Source: Octopus vulgaris (Eukaryota). Taken from it: a DNA stretch of 64,000 nucleotides. The first letter of the stretch is position 1. The number at the start of each line of letters is the position of its first letter. The notes beneath the pieces are model-generated. The model was not told the origin of the DNA. It did not search any database and saw only the letters and a program-made list of their open reading frames with translations. The DNA is taken from contig OX597819.1 of NCBI GenBank assembly GCA_951406725.2, forward strand, positions 43,028,001-43,092,000. The letters run 5' to 3'. The position numbers and the translations under genes are program-made. This document shows positions 52,421 to 64,000 of the stretch, piece by piece.

Positions 52421-52951
52421 CAGCACCAGAAAGTTAAGCTTCTGATGAACTGGCATCTCTTTCAGTGGTCAGTTTTATACTCTCAGGAGAAGTGCTGGCC
52501 CCATCAGCATACAGGTTTGAAGAAAATAAAATAAAATAAAGGCACCACCATGAGGTGAAGATTATATTTAGGCTCAAACTCAATGCAAGGTGCTTTGTAC
52601 AGAAGTTTCCTGTCACAGCCCTATATCGACAAATGCAGCGTAAACTAGAATATGATAGAAGGAAACTGTGCAGAATCTTGTTTGGGTGTATGCTGTTTAT
52701 GTTTATGTTCATATTTACCAATGCATCTAGTTGTAGCCCTCTATGTCAAAAATGTAAATCTTAGACAGTGAAGTCGGTTGCATCTTCTGGCTTGCCAGCT
52801 GCCTGTCAAACCATCCATCCCAAGCTAACATGGAAGATAGGACAGTTGACAATGATGATGATGAAGATGATTATTGATCAATCTGATTAACTAAAAATGT
52901 TGAAGATGATTCCTGGCATAGTCACACTCCAATGATTGAAATGTGTAAAAA

Positions 52952-53260
52952 GATCCTGTTCGGTCATGAATGACCATAGGATTGCACCTAGAAATTTACC
53001 TTACAAGGCACAAGTCCAGGCAAAGTTGTTTATGCATACCAGCTTCTCCTCTCTCCATGCCACTGACATTACCCAAAGCAAAGGGCAATGCAACTTGGTC
53101 CCAGTGATGTCATAACTCCTTTCTACAGCTGAACGAACTAGATCAACATGAAAACAAAGTGTCTTGCTCAAAAACACAACACACAGCCTGGTCCAGGAAT
53201 TGAACTCACAACCTCATGATTGTGAGCCTGATACTCTAACCACTGAGCCATATGCCTTCA
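52952..53260 (-). mobile_element. tRNA/CORE-type SINE family H
   Basis: Minus-strand head tgaaggcatatggctcagtggttagag..gagttcaattcc; near-TSD tgaaat(g/a)tgtaaaa at 52937-52950 / 53263-53276. Confidence 0.8.
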
Positions 53261-54146
53261 GGTGAAATATGTAAAAGAATATCAAAAAAATATCTATTCA
53301 TGTCTCATGCATTTGGGTCAACTGTCGTTTTTAGAAGGGCCAAATCTATAGCTTCTTCAAGATGTTTCTTATAAAATTATGCTTAATTACACACAGAACT
53401 ATAATTCTCTGTAATATTCATCTTGCATTCTCACGTCTGAAATATTTGAGCATGTCAATGCATAGATGCATGTTCTTTATATGAGGCAAAACAAAATCAA
53501 AAAAAAAAAAAACCACGAACACACTAAAAGCAATAAGAGTATACAACCCATGTCGATTTGCATAAGTCATATTTTTTTTATCTTAGACAACAATGAACTG
53601 ATAGCAAATGGAATGACAGTCTTATTTTGGTAAGCATGTTTCTCATTTATCATGCCAATAACATATTCAGTTGGTACTGGTTTCATTTCATAGCAGAAAA
53701 GCAGAAAATCCAACCAAAAGATAAGGAACTATTGTTGTTGTTGCTGTTTGTGACTGTTGGTAAAATATTTTATCGCTGAACAATCTCTTATTGTTTCCTT
53801 GTGAGCCACATGCAGAAATACATGTATAATTACACTATTCCACTTGTAAGAGTTTAGAATATACAACTGAGACGCAGTTGTTAATGTTCCTTCTCTCTCT
53901 CTCTCACCGAAGTAAAGAATGTCTTGAAATATTTCAATGTTAAGAGAAATTTCTACAAGAAATCAGACCATATCTAAATGCTTCTCTCACAAACATATGC
54001 ACACATACACAAGAACATTTTTATGACTAGCATATGATTAAAATGGTAACCAAAACAAAATGTGAATTAAAAATTTCAAATGTTCGGCATTCTTGTCCTG
54101 AACTTTTTAGAGAACATTAAAATTTAAACAAGATGATAAATAGATG

Positions 54147-54306
54147 CAGGCATAGCTGCGTGGTAAAAAGCTTGCTTTCCCAACGACATGGTTCCGGGTT
54201 CAGTCCCACTGCATGGCATCTTGGGCAAGTGTCTTCTACTGTAGCTTCAGGCCAACCAAAGCTTTGGGAGTAAACTTGATAGATGAAAACTGAAAGAAGC
54301 CCATCA

Positions 54307-54368
<62 letters not shown>
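54147..54368 (+). mobile_element. SINE A 5' module ending in (TG)n(GA)n
   Basis: Head and core present, 3' module absent. Confidence 0.8.
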
Positions 54369-54370
<2 letters not shown>

Positions 54371-56114
54371 AGGAGGCTGTATATCAGATCTAGGCAACCT
54401 TTTTTGACAAAGAGGCTACATGAGACACTCATCATTGGGCAGGCTACACTACTAAAATATTTGAGGTAATATTTTTGCTAGGCTCACCATTTAGAAAGTT
54501 CTGAGAGATGCAGTTTACCCATGACTACTCTTTGCAGTCATTTGACCAGCAAGAAACAGCAGCCAAATCTCCATCAAAGAATTCATTTATTTATTTATTT
54601 ACTTTTTAAGGAAGGTCACAAAAAAATGGACCTCAATATATATATTTGAAAATATAAGATTTGGTGGTTACAGTTGGAATGCTTTTGTTTAGCTACAAGA
54701 TCAGGACCGACTTTATAATAGCTAAACAGCAACAACCAGAATAATAGTAAATATAATATTCTAAAAAATTCAAAAAAAAAAAAGAAATAGGGAAGATGGA
54801 AGATGGGGAGTAGGCGGGAAAACTAACAGTGAAAATATTGTTAGGAAGGGAAAGAAGAAAAAGAGATATTAATGGAGAAGAAGTTATTTGAAGATCTAAG
54901 AAACCTATTTGGAAGAATTATGGAAAAACAAAGAAAAATTAAATGGTTCACACAGATTTTTATGGTGGTACGGGTGGAGAATGGACTTTAGTAACACAGA
55001 TGTGACAAAGAAAACAAAAAAGAAAGATTGTCGGAAAGAGAAAGATTCCTGTCAGAACTCCCCCCCCCCTGCCTCTCATCGAAGCAGTTAAGTTAATGTT
55101 ACATATACCATTACATACCTCGTATAACATATACAGACAGTATGCAATAAATAATAAATTTTAGAGGAGGGTTAGGACTGAGGTGAAACAGCTTACACAG
55201 TTTAGTTTGTTCAGAATAGATTAACTGCAATACAATGGAGGATGTAATAAGACAAAAACGAAATACTGAAATCTCTGCTAAAGCAGTTAATTTAAATAAT
55301 AAAAAATAAAAAAAATAAAAAAAAGTATATACAAAATAAAAATGAACAAAAAGAAAAAGTACAGCAACAGATTTGCTACAAATATATTTCTTTTAAAGCA
55401 CTTCAATCGGTTTTAGTAATGCCTTTTATGTTTAAGTTACTACTAAAAGTGCTTCATCTTTTTTAGTCCATATTTGCTGACATATCTGTTGCTAAGGATA
55501 TAACACAGCTCCCCCGGCAACCATTTCTGTTATCCTCCTTGCTGATGATCATTTATTACAGCTGCAAGAGTGTTTGTATACATGCTCTGCAATAGAACAT
55601 GTTTCCATAAATATCACCAACTGTTGACACAGTCAGAAATCTAAACAAGTTAATTATTGTAATTGGTTCTCTGAGAACTAATATTCATGGCATGCCACTG
55701 ATTGTATATAAGAAACATATGCATACAAATGCCATATAAATAAATCAATAGCTTGAAATATAAGAGAATTAAAAGTATTAAAAAAATATATATATCTACT
55801 TGTGAATATTGATTTTAAACATCACAGGCACAAGAACGAGGGGAGTGGGGGGAACTGGGAGGAGGAGTACATGTTGATTATAATGACCCCCATTATGAAG
55901 AAAAGTATAAAGTCCAGTGTGGCAGGATTTGAACACTGAACAGAAAGCGATATAACTGAGTACTACAAAGTATTTGATCAACCACCCTACTGCATCTACC
56001 ACCAACTGCACTTTTTTTTAACTTATGACTATTATTAACAAGTTTGACTGAAGTTTTCTATTATGACCCTAAAATAAATATATACATTATTTTGAATTTG
56101 CAGCTTTTGTAATT

Positions 56115-56555
56115 TAATCACTTTGTCTCCTTAGTTCTAATGAAATGCACTGCTTACGTTTTTCGACTGATTTTGAAAATAGCGAATTTGAGGTGATTTA
56201 GTTAAAAAAATAACTGTGCTGTTATTAAACTAGTGTTTTGGAATGTCATTTCCCAAAAGTTTATGTCACATAAAAATTATGATGGAACGTTTAAATTTAA
56301 CACTTTAGCATGCAGATTATCTCTCAAATGTAATGCTAATTTATTCATGTTGTTTTGCATTAATTATACATTATCTCATAGCTTTGAGATTCCGATGATG
56401 TAATTGTATATTTGTAGAATGACATTGTAGTGTAGGTGTGAGAGGTCAGATCCAGTTAGTTTGAACATAAACAAATAGAAAACTTTAAAATAATAGACTT
56501 CAATGTATCATAAAACTCATTTACAGTCTTGAGTCAGTCAGCATCAAAAAGGTTA
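56115..56555 (-). mobile_element. family E MITE with nested family D copy (~56301-56485)
   Basis: Ends gcatcaaaaaggtta; the nested copy starts after TTAA with cactttagca. Confidence 0.55.
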
Positions 56556-58356
56556 CGCTACACATGCCTATCATTTAGAAAATATTCAAATTCTATAATT
56601 ATCGTATTTCCTATCTTGATTTTAACCCTTTCAATATCTGCCCCTGGTTCCCATATTACCAACATGTCTGAAACTGCTTGTATTTAAGTATTGATATATA
56701 AATTGGATAGTTGTTGAATTTAATACCATTGTCTGTTCCATAGGTACCTTCAGCCAAGCCTACTCAGCCGGAAACATTTTGTCCAGTTCTTTTAACTTTT
56801 TGAAGACCACTTCCTTCCTTCCTTCCATCTACTTATCTTATAGATCTGAAAAAGGCAAGGCATAAACCTTCTTTTTCTAAGCCTTAAAAATTAAATAGAT
56901 AAATAAATAAATAAACAAAAGACTATAGTAATAGCTATTCCTTCAACACATTCTTTTAGTTTACTGATAATCTTTGCATATTTTAACTGGAGATATGTAA
57001 TCTTTCTTGCATATAGTACATACAAGCTATTTGATGCTTTTGGCCATTACAGTTTGGGAGCTAATAGAAAATTCTGAAGATCTCCAGATAAATTACTAAA
57101 AGAAATTTGTTGTAACAAAAACTTAGTTAATGTTATCTTGCAATGACATTTCAAAACAGAAACTATAGAAAACAGTTGATTTTGTAGATTTTATATAAGC
57201 AAATCTCAAATTACTTTTTCTTTTCAGCTGACAGCCAACTCAAAATCCCTTTCTTTCCAAAGAAGATTACTTTATTCATTAGCAAAGAGAACATTAGTCT
57301 AAGATATAATTCAATTAATGGAATTATCCAATTAAAATGTTTTGATATTAAACACAGCATTCTCTAATGTAAATTTTTTCTTTTGAGAAAATATAACCAT
57401 ATTGAATTTAGCAATAAAAAAAAAAGAGAGAGAGAGAAAAAAAGAGAGACTAGAGGTGGGTGACAGATTGACAAATAAAACACGAGAGAAAATATTGATT
57501 ATTATAAAAATGGCAGGACTAGAATAGACAAGTTATTGAAAGCAACAAGATGTCATAGCTATGCGAGAGACATTCTATCTGCATGATATTGCGGCATCAG
57601 AAAAATGGTCAATTCTCTGTTCTTTCCTTCCGGTATTAAGTTATTGTCTTCAAGAAAGAAAAAAAAAAAAAAAAAGAAGAAGAAGAAAAAGAGAGAGAAA
57701 AAACGAAAGAAAGAAAAAAAAAGCCAAAGCTGTGCCTGATTTAAGAGCATCAAAACACCACAAAACAGTTAAGCAGAATATTCATCCAAGTTTATCTGGC
57801 TTGGATTCTAAATGACCATGAATCAGTTTTCTGAAAGGCTACAATGTTCAGGAAACCCGTAGAACTGTAAGCAAAAGAAGAAATCAAGTCGCGAATCCGA
57901 ATTCATAAATTCTGAGCTGTAAAACGAAATGGTAACCAGAACATTGGTTTCTATTTCAGACAAGACTCTGTCCAAACACACATCCAAACCACCAGATTGA
58001 ATTGCAATCATGAAAAATGGGCCTAATTTTTCAGTAAGGAAAAGAAAGAATTAGTGTGGTGGTGGTGGTGGTGGAGAGAATTCAAAAGAAGGCTAAAAAC
58101 AAGGGAGACAGTGTAGGAGCTTAAGAGGGAATTATATATTAGAGGTAGATGGAGTGAAGGAAGAGCAAAGAGAGAAGAAATAAAGAGAGTTAATAGGATG
58201 CTGCTTCTCAGTTATCTTGTATGCTGACAGCAAAGCTCATGCTTCCTAGCTCCAAGTGTGACAATTTCCTGAATAAATTGTCAACTGTAACTATTAGCTA
58301 TTTCATCTCTCAACATGGATCATATAATACTGATAGACAGACAGGCAGACAGAAAT

Positions 58357-58357
<1 letters not shown>

Positions 58358-58396
<39 letters not shown>
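58358..58396. repeat. (GATA)n microsatellite
   Basis: Directly visible. Confidence 0.95.
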
Positions 58397-58397
<1 letters not shown>

Positions 58398-58756
58398 GGG
58401 AAACTGGATGAATAGTGGTGGAGTATGAAACTTTCAACGTTGTTTATATAATGAGGAATTAAAAACCAAGCAATAAACCCAGAGACGCCAGCTTTTCATA
58501 TTGCAGAAAGATGGCTAATTTCTTTATTTTTCATCCAAGGGTAAATGAGGAGAGGACAATAAAACATTTTTGTATTGTGTGTCCTTTTTTCATATGAAGC
58601 TAAGGTATAATTTGAGAGGTATTAAGCTATTTCTAGCAGTTTGACACACACACACACACACACACACACACCAATTGACAACTGGTGCTAGTAGATTTAC
58701 ACCCCCATAACTTGGCAGTTTAGCAAAAGAGACCAACAGAATAAGTACCAGGCTCA

Positions 58757-59040
58757 TATCATTATCATCATCATCATTTAGCATCTGCTTTCCATGCTAG
58801 CATGGGTTGGACGGTTCAACTGGGGTCTGGGAAGCCAGAAGGCTGCATCAGGCCCAGTCTGATCTGGCAATGTTTCTACAGCTGGATGCCCTTTCTAACG
58901 CCAACCACTCTGTGAGTGTAGTGGATGCTTTTTATGTGCCACCGGCACAGGTGCCAGACGGGGCTGGCAAACGGCCACGGTCGGATGGTGCTTTTTACAT
59001 GCCACCGGCACGGGGGCCAAGCGAGGCTGGCAACGGAGGC
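58757..59040 (-). mobile_element. young family C copy abutting a truncated SINE A 3' module
   Basis: CpG-rich; internal ~62-bp tandem repeat; A module at 58670-58753. Confidence 0.8.
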
Positions 59041-59614
59041 CCTATATACATATAAACAAATATAAACAAGGATTTAAATTTTACTTAGAAAAGCATGCCT
59101 ACAACCAAAGACAAAATGGACGCAGCTAGATTTTTTCCCTTCTTTTTATGGTGGGGGCTTGTCTAGAAGGGCATATACTTGTCTAGAAAAAGGGGATGTA
59201 CTTTCCCCCTTAGCAAGCTTCTAAAATCAGTGAAATTAATACAGTTAATGTTCCTCTTGAACAATTTACAAAAACAGGTGCATGAGAAAAGATGAGCAGG
59301 GAGAGAATTTCTGAGCACCAATGATCTGAGAAGAAAGGACTGAGTGTTTCAGTGCAAGGAGGACAATATGACTAGTGAAGAAAGGTGCACTGAGTCAGGG
59401 TAGTGGTTGCCAATTGATTCTGTAACTGAGCTACAACACAGAGTTCCTTGAAACGCACGCACACACACACACAATAACTATAACCTTCAAAATTTGTCTT
59501 TTATCTTTTACATGTCCCAGCCATTGGACTGCAACTACGTTGGAGCAGTGCCTAAAAGGGGTTTAAGCCAAACAATCAACCTTAGTACTTTATATATGCA
59601 CAAGCACACACAAC

Positions 59615-59892
59615 TGTCATCATCAATATCATCATCATCTAACATTCAATTTCCATACTGGCGTGGGCTGGACGGTTTTACAGCAGCTAGTAAGGCCAGG
59701 AGCTGCACCTGGTGGTTTCATAGTGTTTTGGCTTGGTTTCTACAACTGGATGCCCTTCCTAATGACAACCACTTTATAGAGTGTACTGAGTGCTTTTTAC
59801 ATGGCATCATCACTATCACCTTTTAAGTGGCACCATCGCCGGTGCTTTTCAAGTGGCACAATCACTAGTGCTTTTAACATGGTACCAGCATC
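59615..59892 (-). mobile_element. family C copy with ~25-30-bp internal tandem repeats
   Basis: About four tgctttt...tggca(c/t)ca units after ctggatgcccttcctaa. Confidence 0.7.
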
Positions 59893-61569
59893 AAACACAT
59901 ATATATATATGTATACACCCATACTAGTGACAGAGGCAGTATTGATACAGTGAGGTAATATTTATTCCCATTTGGATGTTCTTTTAGAACAAACTATACT
60001 GCAGAAGCTCCAGGAGAGAAACTCTTATATTGGCTTTTGGTGCAAAATGTATGCTTGTCTTTATCAAGTGATGGTAAGGAACAGACACACATGCATGGCT
60101 TCCACATGGTTTCCATCAACCAAATTCACTCACAAGGCATTGGGTGGCATGAGGATATAGAATAAGGAACATGCTCCAAGGTGTTCCACGGTGAGACTGA
60201 ACTCAAAATCAAGTGGTTGCAAACCAGGTTTCCTAACCGGAGCCTTCTCGTTAGAAGCTACGAGAGAAACATAGAAAAACTGGAGAAACCAGAATATTGA
60301 CTCCATTACATATATACTTATTCATAGTCCATGCTGTGTTGGTATTGTAAGTAATTAGAATGAAGCCATTCAACCTTGTACCATTATGTAAATTAGTTCT
60401 GACTGGCACAATCTTGTCTACATTTTGATAATTCTTAACTGCGAACAGTCACAAGGGAATCCTGGTGGGGCGTAAGGACTGCAAAGCTGAACGGGTTCAA
60501 TCTTAACTAAAAGCTGTCTGGTGATGATAGTAGTGGGAATAGGGAGTGGAGGCTGGGGTTTTGTCACAGAGCCTGATCTCACAGCGAGATCAAATGTATG
60601 ACTTCAACTGTCTACATATTAATTTTTAAATTAACTTTAATTCATCTAGGGTCATTTGAAGAATGTATAATTTTCCACATTAAGGTGAGAGGACACGGCA
60701 ACCCCCACACCATCCCTCCACACCAGTTCAATACATAGCATTTGATAACCGTCTTGATATTTAACATTGAAACTTCTAAACAAGATTGGTTTGAAAATGT
60801 TAGCAACATTGGTCAGAGAGGAAACAAGAATATCAATCAAATACTATGTGAGGTAGTAGAATATATACACATACACACATTCATGGTGGTGGTGGTGGTG
60901 GGGGAGCAAGTGGAATGAGATAATTTTTAGAAAGAAAAAAACAAAAAACAAGCTGTATAAAAGAAGTGGGGAAAAAAACCCAGTAACAGTTACCAGACAG
61001 AATTGTATCGACAAACTATAAAAAAAATAATCAATCAATAGCCAATCAAATAAGCCATATTGATTGAGAAGCAGAGAATGTAAAAAATAAGAAATATATA
61101 TAAATAAATAAAAAAAGGAAAAAAATCGTTATAATACAGAAATGAAGCGCTGGCGATAGTAATGGAGCAACACACACCCACATACAGACATACAAATCAT
61201 TAAAAATGATGATTTCATATGTAACTGACTGATATTAGTCTACAGTAGGAGATATGGGAAGTAGTGGCGTTGATCGACAAGTAGATTTGTATATAGTTTG
61301 TCCAGAGATTAGCAAGGATTAAAAAAAACAACAACAACATAATCTTTACTTCATTGATAGCTGAATTAGAGAAGACTAAAACTGTTTTCTTCTGTTTTAT
61401 CTTTTTTTTTACTTTTTCACCTTTTAAGTGACAATCACTTCTGAAAGGGAATTAATCTCCGATTGTTCTGAGCTAGGAGCATACTACAAGGCACCTACAA
61501 TTGATCAAATCCCCTCTCACATCAATATATGTCAAAGTCAAAAGCAAACCCCAGAGTGAACTTGTTATC

Positions 61570-61929
61570 TTTTATCTTATGCAAGTTTTTTAGCCATTGG
61601 ACTGCAGTTTTTGCTGGAGCACCACCACCTTGAAAGATTTAGTTGAACAAATTTCCCCCAGTACTTATCCTATCAATCTCTTTTGTTGAACCACCAAGTC
61701 ATAGGGAAATAAACAAACCAACACCAGTTTGTCAAGCAGAGCTAAGGGACAAAGACATACAAACACACACATGACAAGCTTCTTTCAGCTTCCGTATCTA
61801 CCAGATCCCTTTGCAAAGCTTTGGTCAGCCTAGGGTTATAATGGAAGACACTCACCCAAAGTACCAGACAGTGCAACTGAACCTGAGACCACAAAATTGG
61901 GAAGCAAGCTTCTTACCACACAACCATGC
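61570..61929 (-). mobile_element. SINE family A copy (diverged)
   Basis: gctggagcacc...cttcttaccacacaaccatgc. Confidence 0.75.
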
Positions 61930-63093
61930 TTTTAAAGTTCATTCAGTGAATGTCAGCAAGTTCAATCTCAGTGAGAAGTAATGAATGTGAAGTATAAATT
62001 TTACATCTCCTGTTTCTTCTGAATGAAGAATACAGAAAGATGTCACATTCTGTGTGGCTTGTCATGTTGTTTGTACTAACACACTTGCTCTGAAAATGAT
62101 TTAGTACAAAGCCTTGAAGAAAGATTACAAGATAAGGAATTGGCAGCAGAAGACAACAACCATATTTCTTCCCCCAAAGGAATCAGCAACGAAGGGGGAG
62201 ATAGAGAGGAGATGAGAAATAGTGGCACCTGAGTACTAAAACTGGGTCATGGACTCAATTCACCCAGTGAACTCCTCTCACCTACTACTAACATTACTTG
62301 AACGAAATGATAGAGAGGCTCTATATGATTGTTTACAATACTAGAAACAGCAACCAAACCTCTAAATTACAGCCTACCATCTGCGAAAGAAAGGAAGAAA
62401 GGACACGTTGAATAACGTAACCTCAGAAGATACGCCATGTCTGAAACACTTTTTTCATCTTTTAATCATAGGTCTGCCTACTAAGCCAGGGGCTTCGCCT
62501 AGGGCTAAACAACAACAACACCAACGATTATTATTATTATTATTATTCCACCTTCTAAACTAAATATTTAATTGTTACTTTTCACAGAAATTAAGCCCGA
62601 GTATGTTAAGGGACTGCGACAATGTAAAATAGACGGTCGTTTAATATTTATTTTCTTAAAAAGTGAAGTGAAGTGAAATGACTCCGACACACGTCAGCTC
62701 GCCGGGAGCTTTATCTCGGGCAGCTTTACTTTCATCATTACTTTTTTGTTTACTATGTTTTTTTTGTTTTTTTTTATTTTATTTTATTTTATTTTACATA
62801 GCTTGCAAATAATAACGTAACAAATTTCTATAGTAATCTAATACTGATAATTATACCCCACCAAACCACTAGCAAAGTACCACTGACACCAAAATTATAT
62901 CTCAATCGTAGAAGGACGACGACGAGGAAGAAGAAAGGGTAAAAGAATAAGAAAATAATTAAGTGAAACAAATCATATGTAATTAAGAAGAAAAAAAAAA
63001 TAAAGTGAAATTGATTTTAATTCAATCGAAATAATTTTGGGTGAACAAAGAAAAAAATATTTTAAAAATAAAAATGCATGCAGGTATATCTTA

Positions 63094-63291
63094 CCTATCT
63101 ATCTATCTATCTACCTACCTATCCATCCATCCATCCACCTACCTACCTACCTACCTACCTATCTATCTATCTACCTACCTACCTACCTACCTATCTATAT
63201 CTATCTATCTATCTACCTATCTATCTATCTACCTACCTACCTATCTATCTACCTACCTACCTATCTATCTATCTATCAACATATCTACCTA
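63094..63291. repeat. compound (ATCT)/(ACCT)/(ATCC) tetranucleotide repeat
   Basis: Directly visible; explains the YLSI/YLPT ORFs. Confidence 0.95.
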
Positions 63292-64000
63292 TCACACACA
63301 CACACATATATATAAGTATGTATACCTGTATGTATATACACAAACACACATACACAAATGTATGTGTGTGTGTGTGTGTGTTACAAGAAAACAGAAAGAG
63401 ACAAATGAGATTTATAACAACAGAGAAAAATAACAAACGATAATGAATAATACTATGTTATATGGCTGGTAGGCAAGAAAGTAGCAGCGACAATATCAAC
63501 AACTGCTGTGATAATAACAATATCAGTGATTAAAAACAAAAGGTGTACTCGTACGTACGCACGCGCAAATTTGTATTTTGCGCGTGGACACGTGTATGTG
63601 CGTGAGTGCGTGTATGTTTTGTATGAATGTGTGTGTGTGAGTGAGTGAGTGAGTGAGTGAGAGAGAGAGAGAGAGAGAGAGTGTGTGTGTGTGTGCAATC
63701 ACTTATAGTTAACAGCAACTAACAAACAAAAACAAAATCAATAAGTGTGTAATTATCTTTCGCAGGTCCCCGATACCAAAACAATAAATATTTGATGAAA
63801 CATATTTGCTATTTGTTTACTATTATTATCATTATTTGCTCCGCCACCCCGCTTCTACTACATCTCTCTCTCTCCCTCAAACAATTGCGGAAGAAAGAAC
63901 GAAATAATTAGCATAATTAAAACAATACCTCACCCCACCTCCACCCTCACTTCCACTGCCAGAAGAGAATAAAAATTAAAGAAACAAGCAAACTACAAAG

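Noticed and set aside
52434-52764. ORFs 52434..52721 (-) and 52555..52764 (+)
   Set aside because: No recognisable domain or matching splice signals; flanked by repeats.
57853-57875. AACCCGTAGA, matching the 5' end of miR-100
   Set aside because: Only 10 nt match and no complementary arm.
63037-63443. Three overlapping ORFs with YLSI/YLPT repeats
   Set aside because: Tetranucleotide repeat, open in all frames.

Overview
AT-rich, repeat-dense eukaryotic DNA. The SINE families, abundant microsatellites and low CpG look like a coleoid cephalopod, most likely Octopus; this is recognition from memory, not a database result. No long protein-coding exon, rRNA, true tRNA or CRISPR array is visible, and nearly all ORF-track entries are microsatellite or SINE artefacts. 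The + strand appears A/purine-skewed, which fits a large intron of a minus-strand gene. Most of the window is tRNA-derived SINEs (families labelled A-H here; the labels are mine), TTAA-flanked piggyBac-like MITEs, one hAT MITE, one mariner relic and one CRE-like LINE fragment. Main points of interest: (1) three Penelope-like termini at (TA)n repeats, each with a minimal type-I hammerhead-like motif, one inside a perfect palindrome with 108-bp arms; (2) a candidate minus-strand first exon near 38.8-39.1 kb plus four candidate microexons (6-14 nt) that can be joined in frame, and AG|GT recursive-splice-like sites; (3) head-to-tail arrays of a SINE that appears to target (AAT)n; (4) a pre-miRNA-like hairpin and several inverted-repeat dsRNA candidates. 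All gene-structure calls are hypotheses, and repeat boundaries are approximate unless a target-site duplication (TSD) is given.
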